Shown in pieces: positions 14,263-15,143 of a DNA stretch of 15,143 bases (position 1 is its first letter; each line of letters opens with the position of its first letter). The position numbers and the translations under genes are program-made. The notes below the pieces were generated by a model that saw only the letters and a program-made list of their open reading frames with translations, was not told the origin of the DNA and ran no database searches. The stretch lies in assembly GCA_963718895.1 (NCBI GenBank), contig CAVRAG010000011.1, positions 1 to 15,143 on the forward strand, given 5' to 3'. The stretch is from an uncultured Nitrososphaerota archaeon. GTDB lineage: Archaea; Thermoproteota; Nitrososphaeria; Nitrososphaerales; Gagatemarchaeaceae.

Positions 14263-15143
14263 ACGGCGGGGACCTCGACGACCAGCCCGTCGCTCGCGGC
14301 CACCGTCTCCGGGAAGATCTTCTGGGCCTCCCGCAGGAGTGCGTCGGCCCTCCTGTATCTCGCGCTGAAGTGCGTCAGGACGAGCCTCTTCGCGCCAGCG
14401 TCCCTCGCGAGCTCGGCGGCCTCAGAGGCTGTGCTGTGCTTCCTCTCGACGGCCTTGTCCGCGTCCTTCGCAGCGAACGTCGACTCGAAGATCAAGAGCT
14501 CCGCTCCGGAGAAGAACCTGACGAGGCGTCGTGTTGGCCTGGTGTCCCCCGAATATCCTATCGACCTTCCGGGCCTCGCTGGGCCGAGGACCTGGCTCGG
14601 ATGGAACCTGACTCCTCCGACTACGACCGTCCTCCCCCGCTGCAGGCTCGACCACTTCTTGCCCTCGGGGATTCCGAGGGAGTCGGCCTTGGCCCGATTG
14701 AAGACGCCGGGCCGGGGAAGCTCCTCGAAGAGGAACGACCAGGCCTCGATGGAATGGTTCGCCCTCGCGGCCCTGACCCGGAAGTCCTTGCCCCTGTAGA
14801 CTACCCCCGACCTGACGGGGACGAAGGCGACATCGAAGGTCAGTCCGATGTGGAGGACCTTCATCGTTATCTCCAGCCATCCGAGGAGCTCCTGAGGCGC
14901 CACGACCGTGACGGTCCGTAGCCCTGGGACATCCCCATCGTCTGAAGCAGCCCGATGAGGCCGTTGACGTGGTCTCCGTGCAGGTGGGTGATCGTTCTGA
15001 GCATCTCCCTGTTCAGCCCGAGGCGGAACTTGACGAACCTTCCCTGTGCCCCCTCGCCGCAGTCCATCGAGGATGACCTGCCCTTCCCTCCTGATTGCAA
15101 CCGAGGGCAGGCTCCTGTTCTCCGTCGGCGTGGCGGAGCTGGT
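14256..15143 (-). CDS. rnz: Ribonuclease Z, 5' end just outside the window; indels near 15068 and 14912-14925
   Basis: TSSATPTENR, DCGEG, THLHGDH, flexible arm (GIPEGKKW...LQRG), YSGDTRP, HST and LTHFSARY. Confidence 0.93.
   Translation of the reverse strand, partial: TSSATPTENRSLPSVAIRREGQVILDGLRRGGTGKVRQVPPRAEQGDAQNDHPPARRPRQRPHRAASDDGDVPGLRTVTVVAPQELLGWLEITMKVLHIGLTFDVAFVPVRSGVVYRGKDFRVRAARANHSIEAWSFLFEELPRPGVFNRAKADSLGIPEGKKWSSLQRGRTVVVGGVRFHPSQVLGPARPGRSIGYSGDTRPTRRLVRFFSGAELLIFESTFAAKDADKAVERKHSTASEAAELARDAGAKRLVLTHFSARYRRADALLREAQKIFPETVAASDGLVVEVPAVQ

Noticed and set aside
8990-14921. Long alternative-frame and antisense ORFs (e.g. 9703..10470 -, 12082..12843 +, 13142..13960 +, 13254..14225 -)
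   Set aside because: They overlap well-recognised genes, have no motifs, and are expected shadows in GC-rich coding DNA.

Overview
Archaeal genomic window, probably a GC-rich TACK/Nitrososphaerota-like lineage (inferred from gene content, TATA-box promoters ~25-30 nt upstream of start codons, a BHB tRNA intron and a class I CCA enzyme). It has two halves split by an intron-containing tRNA-Pro(GGG) at 7938-8034 (-). The right half (8247-15143) is mostly housekeeping: a stand-alone SseB_C-like protein, a four-carbon acid sugar kinase plus pdxA, then a RIO-like kinase, cca, thpR, a UPF0200-type P-loop kinase, a DUF54/UPF0201 protein and RNase Z. The left half (1-7937, visibly lower GC) is an island at the tRNA 3' end. 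It carries an intact tyrosine integrase, a wHTH-MNT/HEPN module with a tandem operator and an orphan second HEPN tail, a membrane-tethered wHTH regulator, and five small membrane proteins. These five look unrelated in sequence but share a TM-[C-x8-12-C, Pro/Gly-rich loop]-TM hairpin, and one is missed by the ORF track. Between the cargo genes lie three diverged orphan 3' tails on the minus strand (consensus about PFY.F.SD.E(K/R)(R/K)LFTTKPK.VTA*) resembling the C-terminus of VirB4-like conjugation ATPases. The best candidate for an undescribed system is therefore a stack of collapsed conjugative-element ends that retained variable Cys-loop membrane genes, possibly exclusion or immunity determinants. 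Caveat: many single-base indels, including in cca, rnz and thpR, point to an error-prone assembly, so frameshifts alone are not evidence of pseudogenisation.
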